From positions 1,123-65,122 of the IMG/VR virus record IMGVR_UViG_2864937364_000001: a stretch of 64,000 bases of DNA; one strand, 5' to 3'. The DNA is from a virus. Shown in pieces: positions 46,791-56,415 of this stretch (the stretch's first letter is position 1; every line of letters starts with the position of its first letter). The notes under the pieces were generated by a model, which was not told the origin of the DNA, ran no database searches, and worked only from the letters and a program-made list of their open reading frames with translations. Made by a program: the position numbers and the translations under genes.

Positions 46791-47287
46791 ACGGGCGAGT
46801 CCTTCAAGATTGCGATTGCTGCTGGAATGGGGAGTTTTCTGGGCCACATGCCCATGAGATAGACGCGGCGCTGGGTGTCTGCAGCCCACACCGGCTCAAG
46901 CGCGCGCCGGACGTCCTTCGAATACAGCGCGCCCTGGTCGAGCTGCAGATGGCACCCGCGCACGCCTGGGCGGTCGCAGCAGGCTGGGAACAGGGTCATG
47001 TCGCAAGCCTTGCGCGAGGTTCCCTTGCCTTTGCTGCCGTGCGCGGCTTGGCTGTAGCCTGGCACGCCGCAGATGATGCAAGGCAGACTTGCCACGGCAC
47101 GCTGGTAAGCCACGCTGCGCACCGCGTTGTCTTTGGCAATGGCGGCGGCGCCATCTACGATGGGCTGCGGTTGCCGAAAAGCGGAAGGATCTGGCAGCGA
47201 AGGCATCTGGTAGACGCGCTCCTCACGAGGCTCTTTCGCCCAGGCAGGCACTTTGCGTTTGAAGGGTTTGCGCTTGAGCCTGCTCAT
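46787..47287 (-). CDS. Zn-binding nuclease-like protein (DUF968/Ref-like)
   Basis: VASLPCIICG...AAH...PACC...CH. Confidence 0.6.
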   Translation of the reverse strand: MSRLKRKPFKRKVPAWAKEPREERVYQMPSLPDPSAFRQPQPIVDGAAAIAKDNAVRSVAYQRAVASLPCIICGVPGYSQAAHGSKGKGTSRKACDMTLFPACCDRPGVRGCHLQLDQGALYSKDVRRALEPVWAADTQRRVYLMGMWPRKLPIPAAIAILKDSPV

Positions 47288-47499
47288 GCCTGGGCGCTCC
47301 GCTGGCGCGCGAGTGCTGCAGCTGCCTGCTCCATGAGGCGGCGGGCCTCAAGCGCGCCCTCACTGATGTGGTCTGGCTTGGCTGCGCGAATCCGCACGTT
47401 CGGAGTGGTGTCGCCATGCAAAAGCCGCTCAAGCTCGGCAGGCTGCAGGAATCGGCCGTTCGGCACCGTGGAATTGTGTTTGCGCCGGTACTTGCTCAT
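47284..47499 (-). CDS. Hypothetical protein
   Basis: ATGA-coupled on both sides. Confidence 0.55.
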   Translation of the reverse strand: MSKYRRKHNSTVPNGRFLQPAELERLLHGDTTPNVRIRAAKPDHISEGALEARRLMEQAAAALARQRSAQA

Positions 47500-47855
47500 C
47501 GCATGGTCCTGTCTTGGCTACGGTTGTTCGCGTTCTGGCTGCGCCACACTTCCACGCGGAGCTGGGAGCCGGTCAGACGCCAGCGCAAGGCTTCCTCGAA
47601 GCGAACCGCCTCGCGAATGCCCTCCAGCAACTCCAGATACTCGGGGTGCGAGTAGGCGTAGGCCTCCTTGGCGGCCCATGCCTTTTCTGTGCACTGGTTC
47701 ATCAGCAGGGCCTTCTTGGACTTGCGGAATTCCTCCAGATACACACGCTGAGCTTTGGCCTGGGCAAAGCTCTTGGAGTTCAGGATCATGAAATCGACCG
47801 CCTTGTTGGGGTCGGTCACGCTGCCCTGGTCTTGGGTGTCGGTGTCGTGGCTCAT
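47496..47855 (-). CDS. Conserved phage coiled-coil protein
   Basis: YLEEFRKSKKALLM...EAYAYSHPEY...VEVWRS. Confidence 0.7.
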   Translation of the reverse strand: MSHDTDTQDQGSVTDPNKAVDFMILNSKSFAQAKAQRVYLEEFRKSKKALLMNQCTEKAWAAKEAYAYSHPEYLELLEGIREAVRFEEALRWRLTGSQLRVEVWRSQNANNRSQDRTMR

Positions 47856-48019
47856 GCGAACAGCCCCCGCACCAGAGCGGCCAACGCCACCAGCCAGGAC
47901 AAGCCAGCCAAGACAAGGCACAGCATGCGCAGATGCGCGTCTTCGCAGAGGTCGAGGAAGTAGTGCGCGGCGGCGAATGCCGCGCCAACGATCAGCGCCA
48001 GCAGAAAGGGATCACTCAT
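47852..48019 (-). CDS. Small two-TM membrane protein
   Basis: GGAGG SD, two hydrophobic helices, ATGA overlaps. Confidence 0.55.
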   Translation of the reverse strand: MSDPFLLALIVGAAFAAAHYFLDLCEDAHLRMLCLVLAGLSWLVALAALVRGLFA

Positions 48020-48471
48020 ACGGCCCTCCGATATTTCCAAGCAACCATGGCGCCATCGCGCTCATGCTGGTTCGACTTGCCGGCCCAGCCGGTCACGCCC
48101 TGAAACTGTTTTGCATCGAGCTTGGCGCCCTTGCCCTCGGGGCTGATGCCGTGGCAAGTGATGCCGCGCTCTGCACAAACATTCGTGATGACGCGGCACC
48201 AGCCGTCGATCTGGCCCACGTTGCGCGCCACCTTCAACTGCTCGGGGTGGCTCAATACCCGTTTGCCAGGCTTGTGAGCGCTGAAGATGTGGGACTGCAG
48301 GCGCGAGTCCTCGAAAATCACGCGATTGATGCCGCCTGCAAACCGCTGGAACACGATGAAGTCCGCGATGTCCCAGGGGTCCAGCGTCAACAGCGCATCG
48401 AGCGCACCATTGCGATACAGCGCCACGCCGGTCTGCTGGCCAGGGTCGATGCCGAGCACTGCCCCCTTCAT
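48016..48471 (-). CDS. RuvC-like Holliday junction resolvase
   Basis: VLGIDPG, VIFED, HERDG acidic catalytic pattern. Confidence 0.75.
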   Translation of the reverse strand: MKGAVLGIDPGQQTGVALYRNGALDALLTLDPWDIADFIVFQRFAGGINRVIFEDSRLQSHIFSAHKPGKRVLSHPEQLKVARNVGQIDGWCRVITNVCAERGITCHGISPEGKGAKLDAKQFQGVTGWAGKSNQHERDGAMVAWKYRRAV

Positions 48472-48725
48472 GGCTTCGCCCCTTCCTGCAGCGGCTCCAG
48501 CGCCCATTCCGCCTCCTTGGCGCTCGCGCGTATTTCGGCTTCGCTCAGTCCTTGCGCCAGCGCCTGGGCGAGCGCGAGCCGGCAGCGCTTGCGCGTCTCG
48601 TCGTCAGACAGCCGCAGCGTGCGTTGCAAATACTGAATCCGGCGCGAGGCACAGAACCTGCAACCCTCGGCGAAAAAACGAAAGCTGGCAGGCGTGGGGC
48701 GCGCGTCATTGCATGTGGTGCACAT
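48468..48725 (-). CDS. Small Cys-containing hypothetical protein
   Basis: MCTTC...GCRFC; coupled overlaps. Confidence 0.55.
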   Translation of the reverse strand: MCTTCNDARPTPASFRFFAEGCRFCASRRIQYLQRTLRLSDDETRKRCRLALAQALAQGLSEAEIRASAKEAEWALEPLQEGAKP

Positions 48726-49843
48726 CAGCGCGCCCCCAATCCGGCAAACGGGTTGGAATAGTCGCGGTAGGTCTGGTGCCGGCGCGCCGCACTCACCACG
48801 GACTTTCCCCGGCCCAGCTCCTTGGCGAGCTGCCCTCCGGTCTTGTCGCTCGTGCGAACAAGGTGCACCTCTTCGGGCGTGAGCACGCCGCGCTGCGGCC
48901 GAAGCGCCTGCGATACCTTGCGCCCATGCACTGCACCACCAAACCCGTTCGCAGCGAACGCCGCCCGCATGGCTTCGCTCCGCGTGGCCTGCTTGTGATG
49001 GCCATGGTGGCAGCAGCCCGGCGTCTCGCAGGTACGCATCAGGGTGTGGCCTGGCTTCAGTTCCTTGCCGTGCACCACCTGCCACAGCACCATGTCCACT
49101 CTGGCGACGTTGTCACCATGGCGCACCAGGGCGTGCCCCTGCGGGTTGTGGGCGCCCTCCCAGGTCAGGCAGTCGCCGCCCACATCCTTGCAGCGCAGCA
49201 GAATCTCTCGGCCCGTATCTTCTGCGGGGCGCTGATAGTCCGACAAGACGTAGCGCCAGGCATCGCCCAGCACGTCGTACTTCACAAGGCCACGCTCACG
49301 GAGCAGGCCCACTCGGCGGCGCACCGCGAACCGGCCCCAGCCAACCATTTCCGCCAGCACTTCGAGCTTGATGGGCTGGTGCTTCGCAATGAGGCTCAGC
49401 AGTCGGTCGTTGCGCAGGTAGGGCTTCTTGCCGCTCAAGGCGACCTTGCGCGATGACAGCACCCACTTGCGGATACCGTCATAGGTCACGCGCTTGATCT
49501 TCCCATCGCGCTTCATTCGCGCCAGCAGCAGGCGCAGCGGCTCGTACGCACCACCCGACTGCTGCTGCAGCCCCCGCGTCGCGAAGTCGCCTGCAGCGAC
49601 GGCGCGCAGCACGTCCGCTTCTGACCACACGCACTTGGCAATCACGGTGTCAGCTGCAATCCAGTGCGAGTCCGCGCTACCTCCGTGCTTCGCCCTCTTG
49701 GCTTGCACGCTCAATTGCATGGCCGCCAGCACAGTGAGCAGCCGCTCGCGATCCCAGCCAGTGCGCTCGCATAGTTCGCTCTCGCGCAGGGCATCGCCGC
49801 CGAGGATGCTCAGCACCCGTGCCGTGTCTTCTTTCATGGTCAT
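48725..49843 (-). CDS. Multi-wHTH protein with degenerate HNH-like C-terminal domain
   Basis: Three wHTH-like segments; CLTWEGAHNPQGH...TCETPGCCHHGH. Confidence 0.6.
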   Translation of the reverse strand: MTMKEDTARVLSILGGDALRESELCERTGWDRERLLTVLAAMQLSVQAKRAKHGGSADSHWIAADTVIAKCVWSEADVLRAVAAGDFATRGLQQQSGGAYEPLRLLLARMKRDGKIKRVTYDGIRKWVLSSRKVALSGKKPYLRNDRLLSLIAKHQPIKLEVLAEMVGWGRFAVRRRVGLLRERGLVKYDVLGDAWRYVLSDYQRPAEDTGREILLRCKDVGGDCLTWEGAHNPQGHALVRHGDNVARVDMVLWQVVHGKELKPGHTLMRTCETPGCCHHGHHKQATRSEAMRAAFAANGFGGAVHGRKVSQALRPQRGVLTPEEVHLVRTSDKTGGQLAKELGRGKSVVSAARRHQTYRDYSNPFAGLGAR

Positions 49844-50521
49844 CCTTGCCTTTCAGCCGGCGCGGCCAGGCGCGCGGCATTCGAATGGGGCAGCAGCTCT
49901 CCGCGCGCTTGGCGCGCAGCGAGCAGTGCCGTGATTTCTGTGGTGATGGCGGTCTTGCCGCCTGAGCTGCCCAGGCGCATGACCTGGCGGGCTTTCTCGA
50001 TGTCGCCCACCACGACCGGCTTGGGTGGTGGCAGGCCGAAGCGGGCGTACTGCGCTGCGCCATCGGCAGCGCCAGCCAGCTTGCGGGGGTAGTCGAAGGA
50101 AGGCAGGCGCGTGTATGCGCGATGCGCTTCGCAGAATTTGTGCTGGATGTAGCTGACCTCTTTCAGGTCGGCGCGGCACAGCTTCACCCAGCCGCCCAGG
50201 TCTTCAATGACGGCGTGGATGGCTGGATCGTCAAACACTACATCCTGGTAGGCGCCCACGGCACTCATTGCATCGTGAACCTTTCCCCATGCCACCAGGG
50301 CGCGATCCGTGGCCGTGCCGACCAGCATGCGCGCCATGTCGGCCACCTTGGGCGCGTATTGCCCATGCTCGGCATCGGTCATGTGTCGCTGCATGGCCTG
50401 CTGGATGTGTTCCAGCTCAAACGGCTTGCATGCGTTCCACCAAACGTCCAGCAGGAACTTGCTCGTGTCCTGGCGGTAGTACGCCATCACGTCCTTGATG
50501 AGCTGGCCGAAGTCCCGGCGT

Positions 50522-50535
<14 letters not shown>
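49840..50535 (-). CDS. Replication accessory protein (helicase-loader position, DUF6475-like)
   Basis: Follows initiator; VVFDDPAIHAVIEDLGGWVKLC. Confidence 0.7.
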
Positions 50536-51525
<990 letters not shown>

Positions 51526-51529
<4 letters not shown>

Positions 51530-51696
51530 ACCGTCTCCGCAGCCAGGGCCTCGGTGTATGCCTTGGTGAATGCAGCGCTTTCCTTCGAGCCTGGCTCGAA
51601 GTAGTTGGCCTCGCCCAGGGGGATGCATTGCTCTGCTGCGGCGCGCGCCACGGCACTCAGCTCGGCGTCGGTCAGAGGTCGAATCTGCCCCGCCAT
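51526..51696 (-). CDS. Small hypothetical protein (56 aa) between cro and initiator
   Basis: MAGQIRPLTDAEL...; coupled to cro stop and initiator start. Confidence 0.55.
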
Positions 51697-51917
51697 CACG
51701 CCACCTTCCTGCGTTTGCGCAGAGAGGTCTTCGCCTTCAAGCTCGGATAGAACTTGCGGACCGTTTCGATACCGGGATTGGGGGTGTAGCCGGACCGAAT
51801 CTTGACCAGTGTTGCGAACGGGACGCTGGTTTCGTCGGCCAGCTCGTGAAGCGCGGGCACGCCGAGGGGCGCCAGTCGTTCACGGACTTCTTGGATGGAG
51901 GGAATGGTGTTTGGCAT
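51696..51917 (-). CDS. Cro-like HTH regulator
   Basis: LHELADETSVPFATLVKIRSGYTPNPGIETV; divergent from repressor. Confidence 0.8.
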   Translation of the reverse strand: MPNTIPSIQEVRERLAPLGVPALHELADETSVPFATLVKIRSGYTPNPGIETVRKFYPSLKAKTSLRKRRKVA

Positions 51918-51927
51918 CGCCCAAGTA

Positions 51928-52017
51928 TGCCATATTTGGAACGATTGGCGCACAAGACACACCCAAATGTGGCATGACTATGCAGTAGCTATCTACTGTA
52001 TGATTCCAGATATGGAT
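51928..52017. promoter_or_regulatory. OR-like operators
   Basis: TGCCATATTTGGAA 51928-51941; ACCCAAATGTGGCA 51961-51974; TTCCAGATATGGAT 52004-52017. Confidence 0.7.
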
Positions 52018-52434
52018 TCACAAGACAGCAAGCAACACCTGTGGCGCTCCTTGGAGGTGCTGATGGAGCACCACTACGGCGCAGTCAACATCAACCGACT
52101 TTCTAGAGAGTCGGGTGTGGGTCTTGGAACGGTCGCAAGATTGAAGTCGAGCGACTCCAGCATTGCTCTGGACAAGCTGGACAAGCTCGCCGCCGTATTC
52201 GGCGTCGAGCCATGGCAGTTGCTCAAGCCGGGCTACAGCCCGACCGAATCAGCAGGTGCGTTCAGCCCGCTTGCTGCGGACATTGCAAAGGCGCTTGATG
52301 CCGTCCACGATCCTGCAGCTCAGCAACGAGCGTACGCGCTTGCGCTTCAAGTGATCGGGCTCGCCAACTCTCCTGTGCCTGCATCGCAATCGAACGGGCA
52401 TGCACCCATTCCGTCGCCGACGCCTCATCAGTAA
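52012..52434 (+). CDS. CI-like XRE repressor lacking S24 peptidase domain
   Basis: INRLSRESGVGLGTVARL...LDKLDKLAAVFGVEPWQLL; short helical C-terminal domain. Confidence 0.82.
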   Translation: MDSQDSKQHLWRSLEVLMEHHYGAVNINRLSRESGVGLGTVARLKSSDSSIALDKLDKLAAVFGVEPWQLLKPGYSPTESAGAFSPLAADIAKALDAVHDPAAQQRAYALALQVIGLANSPVPASQSNGHAPIPSPTPHQ

Positions 52435-52798
52435 ATACGCCCATCACGGCGCCGCTCTCTGCGAGCGCGCGCGAAAACTTGTGCGCTGAACTAACACAGT
52501 TCGCGCCAACAACCATCGCACCAGGCAGCGATGCGCCTACCCCGAGCGAGCGCCGGAACACGCTGTACCGCTCTGTCTCTGTAAGTCCCGCTGAGCAAAG
52601 CCCCGTGTCGGGCGCGTGATCGTTCAATCGGATCACCCAGGCCCGGACGCCCCCCAGCCCTCTGGCCGTCCCCAGGCACCAAAAGGAGGCCAGAGCGCTG
52701 CACATTACGCGCAGCGTCAGCTCCCCTGAAAAGCCAAACGTAGCCACCCCTCCCCCATGGCTCACGTCCATGGTCGCTTGTCCGAAATCCAGAAACAT
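52262..52798 (-). CDS. STAS/SEC14-like protein convergent with repressor, LexA box upstream
   Basis: Beta/alpha pattern ending GVFTDEASATEWV; overlaps repressor 3' end by 173 bp. Confidence 0.55.
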   Translation of the reverse strand: MFLDFGQATMDVSHGGGVATFGFSGELTLRVMCSALASFWCLGTARGLGGVRAWVIRLNDHAPDTGLCSAGLTETERYSVFRRSLGVGASLPGAMVVGANCVSSAHKFSRALAESGAVMGVFTDEASATEWVHARSIAMQAQESWRARSLEAQARTLVAELQDRGRHQAPLQCPQQAG

Positions 52799-52833
52799 TC
52801 AATCTTTCCGTTGCTTTTTGTGACAGTCCTCTA

Positions 52834-52849
52834 CTGTGATTGTGCACAG
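52834..52849. promoter_or_regulatory. LexA (SOS) box
   Basis: (TA)CTGT-GATTGTGC-ACAG = CTGT-N8-ACAG, intergenic. Confidence 0.7.
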
Positions 52850-52889
52850 GTTTAGGGAAACCACCAGCATCTGCAGTTATGCGAAATCT

Positions 52890-52957
52890 TTCCATATTTG
52901 GCACAAAGCATTGCCCCAGCCATTCCAAATATGGCATACTTCATTCCATCGCTGGAA
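52890..52957 (+). promoter_or_regulatory. OL-like operators and early (pL-like) promoter
   Basis: TTCCATATTTGGCA 52890-52903; TTCCAAATATGGCA 52923-52936; TTCCATCGCTGGAA 52944-52957; TTGCCC-18-CATACT 52911-52940. Confidence 0.7.
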
Positions 52958-53006
52958 CGGAAACGGTTTGGCGATGGGGCCAGGTCATCGCACGCAGCCC
53001 CAGACG

Positions 53007-53018
53007 GCTCCTTAAAAA
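53007..53018 (+). promoter_or_regulatory. boxA-like antitermination signal
   Basis: GCTCCTTAAAAA shortly after early promoter. Confidence 0.45.
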
Positions 53019-53448
53019 CCTCACTGGATATCCCAGGTGCACGCCCCGTGCGTGCGCCCTGCTCCACCCCCACGCCGGCAGAAAGGAAGCGCGTGAAATC
53101 GACCCTCCCTGGTGGAGCGCTCCGCGTGGTGCGCTGCGAAGCCACAGGGTCTATCCGCATCGGCAAGCGCAAAGCGAACCTGGGCGGCGCCCATCAGCAA
53201 TGGCGAGGTAACTGCTGACAGGCCCTGGAGACAGGGCCATCACATCGGCCTACTGCTGGGCCAAGGCTCACGCTTCGCGCGGGACATCCAGCAGCGGGGC
53301 GATGTGATGGCGAGGCCATCCGTGGAAGGGTTGCGCACTGCACCACGGAAATCAATGCCAGTAAGGGACCAGCGTTTGGTATGTCCCAAGGCAAGGACCG
53401 TACCTTGCGAGCGGCTTCGGCTGCTGAAAACTCTAAAGAGATTCGTTC

Positions 53449-53510
53449 GCCCAACTTCCTGATGAGCCGATGGGGCATGCGGCGAAACGGGCTTACGGGC
53501 CCGTAGAAGT
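53449..53510 (+). ncRNA. Hammerhead ribozyme (type I topology)
   Basis: Stem I ACTTC/GAAGT; core CTGATGA; stem II GCCG/CGGC; GAAA; stem III with TACG tetraloop; GTA cleavage triplet 53503-53505. Confidence 0.88.
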
Positions 53511-53873
53511 GAGCCAGACCGTGTCGAGCAGGGCAATCTACTGTCTGGCAAATCGAAATCTGCGATCCCCCGCGGGGCCCTGTCGAAGCGATGGGAGGCG
53601 CAGAAAGAGCCGGCGGTGAGCTGGCGCGCAGGGAGGATGCCCCTGCCAGTTTTCGGGGCGGCAAACTGCGGTTGCAGTGCGCATGGCGGGGGCCGGGACT
53701 CCCTCGATAGCAGTTACCCACATCCATGCGACAGCGTTTCCAGGGGCCGACCTCTCCTTGGCCTGCCGCCCCACCTCACCCCACCAACGACAGCACCAGC
53801 GCATGCCCTGCGAGCCAGCGGCATGCGCGGGGTTTGTCGCCGCCTACCCCAGCGGCATCGTTCAAGGAACACC

Positions 53874-54290
53874 ATGAAATTCACCCTGATTGCCACAGCG
53901 CTCGCAGTGGCAGCGCTGGCTGCTTGCGGCAGCAAGGAAGTGCCAGCCGACCGTCTGGAAGAGGCCCGCCAAACAGCCAAGGCGAATGCAGAGTTCAACG
54001 CCGCGCTCTACAAGGCGCAGAACCCGCGTTTCACCTCGGAATTCGCCATCGTCAGCCGCAGCGACGACACGCAGGCACCAGCATGCCCCCAAGGCGATGG
54101 ATGGGCCGAGCTGTCCATCATGAAGGTCGAGGGCAAGCAAGTCGACAAGACGGTGCTGATGTGCTCCACGTTCTCCCAGAGCGTGGGCTGCTACCGCAAG
54201 GAAGACTTCGAGAAGAACACCAACCTCGCGAAGCAAAACGGCAGCTGCAGTACCCAAGTGCCCTACCCCATTCCAAAGATCGCCAAGTAG
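53874..54290 (+). CDS. Lipoprotein
   Basis: MKFTLIATALAVAALAAC lipobox; AAGGA SD; four further Cys. Confidence 0.85.
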   Translation: MKFTLIATALAVAALAACGSKEVPADRLEEARQTAKANAEFNAALYKAQNPRFTSEFAIVSRSDDTQAPACPQGDGWAELSIMKVEGKQVDKTVLMCSTFSQSVGCYRKEDFEKNTNLAKQNGSCSTQVPYPIPKIAK

Positions 54291-54293
54291 CCC

Positions 54294-54404
54294 ATGGTGC
54301 TCATCACGTCGCTGATTGGCGCCGGCCTGCTGGCATGGACTGCCGTCACCTGCTACGTGGCCTTTCGCATTGGCCGCTGGGCCGAGCGACGCTCGCACCC
54401 ATGA
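54294..54404 (+). CDS. Small single-TM peptide (36 aa)
   Basis: MVLITSLIGAGLLAWTAVTCYVAFRIGRWAERRSHP. Confidence 0.45.
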   Translation: MVLITSLIGAGLLAWTAVTCYVAFRIGRWAERRSHP

Positions 54405-54527
54405 CATCGCCGATTCCAGCCCCGCGAGCGGGGCTGTTGTGGGCGATGTCCCAACCCTTTCCAACCGCGCGCCCACCCTTCCATCCCTCCCTCCCTTTGG
54501 GCGCACCAGCGGCTTTTTATTCCCCCC

Positions 54528-54550
54528 CCCGCTTGCAGCGGGTTTTTTTT
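54528..54550 (+). terminator. Intrinsic terminator
   Basis: CCCGC-TTGCA-GCGGG followed by T8. Confidence 0.7.
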
Positions 54551-54564
54551 CGCCCGGAGGATCT

Positions 54565-54759
54565 GTGAACGCCATCAATCCGACCATTGCCGCATCCCTC
54601 AAGGGGGTCGTGCCCGAAACGTTGCTCTACAGCGAGGAAGAGTTGCTTGCTGCGGATGTGCTCCGCATGCAGGGCGCAGAGGCCCGCCAAAGAGCCGCAT
54701 TCCACCGCGCTCTGCAGGATCAGCAGCAGCACCTTCAGATGGCGGGCCAACTGCGATGA
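54565..54759 (+). CDS. Hypothetical protein
   Basis: GGAGG SD, GTG start, ATGA overlap with next gene. Confidence 0.6.
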   Translation: MNAINPTIAASLKGVVPETLLYSEEELLAADVLRMQGAEARQRAAFHRALQDQQQHLQMAGQLR

Positions 54760-54989
54760 ACCGCCCCGTCATCAAATACTGCATCGCCGCCCTGGTGGCT
54801 ATCGCCATGTCTTCGAGCTATCTGCTCGATGGCAGTCCAAGCGAATTGCAAGCGGCCAAAGACACCGCCGCCTCGATGCGCGACGCACTGGCACAGCACC
54901 AGGCCGAGCGACCCGACCTGTGGACTCCTGAGCGGCGCAGTCGCGCCGATGCCGCAGCCGGAATCATTGCCCGCACCACCAGGCCATGA
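54756..54989 (+). CDS. Small protein with N-terminal hydrophobic segment
   Basis: MNRPVIKYCIAALVAIAM... Confidence 0.55.
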   Translation: MNRPVIKYCIAALVAIAMSSSYLLDGSPSELQAAKDTAASMRDALAQHQAERPDLWTPERRSRADAAAGIIARTTRP

Positions 54990-55107
54990 GACGCGCCCGC
55001 AGGCTCCAGCGCGCTGCATTGCGCTGCATCCAACTTTTTTCCATCTCCATGGCCACCGCAGCCGCCACAGGTCTGTGCGCCGGCCTTATCCAACCACTCT
55101 TCATGCC

Positions 55108-56415
55108 ATGAGCCAACAAACCATTGAGGCACAGCCGCAAGCTGGCGCCGTCGAAACTACCAACTCAAAAACCGCCCTCGCGGCACTGCGCAAAACAGCG
55201 CTCGCCGAGCTGAGCGTGGTGGACGCCGGCCTTGCCGCACTGCGCCGCAAGTACCGCAACAAGCTCTTTGCGGTAGGGACCGCAGAGGGTATGGCCGCAG
55301 CTCGCAAGGCGCGCATGGACCTTCGCGAGCGCCGCTACAAGGTCCCCAAAATCGTTGACGAGCAAAAGGCTGCGATCAGGCAAGTTGCGACCGATGTCGG
55401 AACCGAGGGCGAACGCATCGTGGCCGCACTGCTGGAATTGGAATCACCAATTCATGAGCAGATCAAAGCGGAAGAAGACCGCAGGGCAGAAGCCAAACAG
55501 GCCAAGGAGCGCGAAGAGCGCGAAGCAATGGCTCGCATCGATGCGGTGGTAGATGCCATCATCGCCAAGCCCACCGAGGTGGTCGGACTCGGATCGGACG
55601 TGATCGGCACTGCGCTCACCGAAGTGGAAGCTATCGAGGTCACACTGGAGACCTTTGGCGATCACGCCGGTCGAGTGGAGGCCGTCAAGAATTCCACCAT
55701 CGAGCGGCTGGAGACCATGCATGCCGCAGCGCTGGCGCATGAGCAGGAGGCCAAGGCCCAGGCTCAAGCACGCGCCAAGCTCGCCGCCGAGCGCGAACAG
55801 ATGGAGCGCGAACAGCGCGAGCACAACGAGCGCATGGCCGCCCAGCGTGCCGAGCTGGATCGGCTCACGCTCGAAACCCAAGCCCAGGCCCAGGCCATCG
55901 AGCGCCAGGCCGTCGCGCAACGCGAGCAGGCAGAACGGATCGAACGGGAGCGATTGCAGCGCATCACGGACGTGAGCAACCGCATAAGCGACATCACTGC
56001 ACTGCCAGCGACACACGCCGCCAGCACCGCACTACAGCTCGAATCAGCGATCCGCACGTTGAACGACACGCTGCTGACGGCCGCGTACTTCGATGACCGT
56101 GTGCCCGAAGCCGAGCAGGCCAAACACACCGCCCTTGAGGAGCTGCGCCAGCTCCACAGGGATGTCGCGCAACGAGAGGCCGACGCCGCAATCGCCGAAG
56201 CCTGCGAACGCGAAGAAGCCGCCATCGCCGAGGCGCGCCGCCTGGCGGACGACGCGAAACGCGCGAACGCGAACCAGCTCTACGACGCACTCGCGAACCT
56301 ACTGACCTGCGCCGAGCTGCGCGGGGATGTCTGTGTCCAAACCGCCTTGCTGATGGAGTCGGCCAGGCACGCCATCGAGAAATCAACCCCCGCGCAAGCG
56401 GCTCAAGCCCAATGA
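55108..56415 (+). CDS. Coiled-coil protein of recombination module
   Basis: Start MSQQTIE; long E/R/A-rich helices; coupled to ERF gene. Confidence 0.75.
   Translation: MSQQTIEAQPQAGAVETTNSKTALAALRKTALAELSVVDAGLAALRRKYRNKLFAVGTAEGMAAARKARMDLRERRYKVPKIVDEQKAAIRQVATDVGTEGERIVAALLELESPIHEQIKAEEDRRAEAKQAKEREEREAMARIDAVVDAIIAKPTEVVGLGSDVIGTALTEVEAIEVTLETFGDHAGRVEAVKNSTIERLETMHAAALAHEQEAKAQAQARAKLAAEREQMEREQREHNERMAAQRAELDRLTLETQAQAQAIERQAVAQREQAERIERERLQRITDVSNRISDITALPATHAASTALQLESAIRTLNDTLLTAAYFDDRVPEAEQAKHTALEELRQLHRDVAQREADAAIAEACEREEAAIAEARRLADDAKRANANQLYDALANLLTCAELRGDVCVQTALLMESARHAIEKSTPAQAAQAQ

Noticed and set aside
51996..52011. LexA box at the cI promoter (CTGTATGATTCCAG)
   Set aside because: Spacing is two bases short of CTGT-N8-ACAG.
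53350..53445. Twister-like ribozyme (GTCCCAAGGC)
   Set aside because: Could not build the twister stems and pseudoknots by eye; kept only as part of the structured leader.
52840..53804. Track ORFs across the early leader
   Set aside because: No SD or motifs and mutually overlapping; region better explained as structured RNA.
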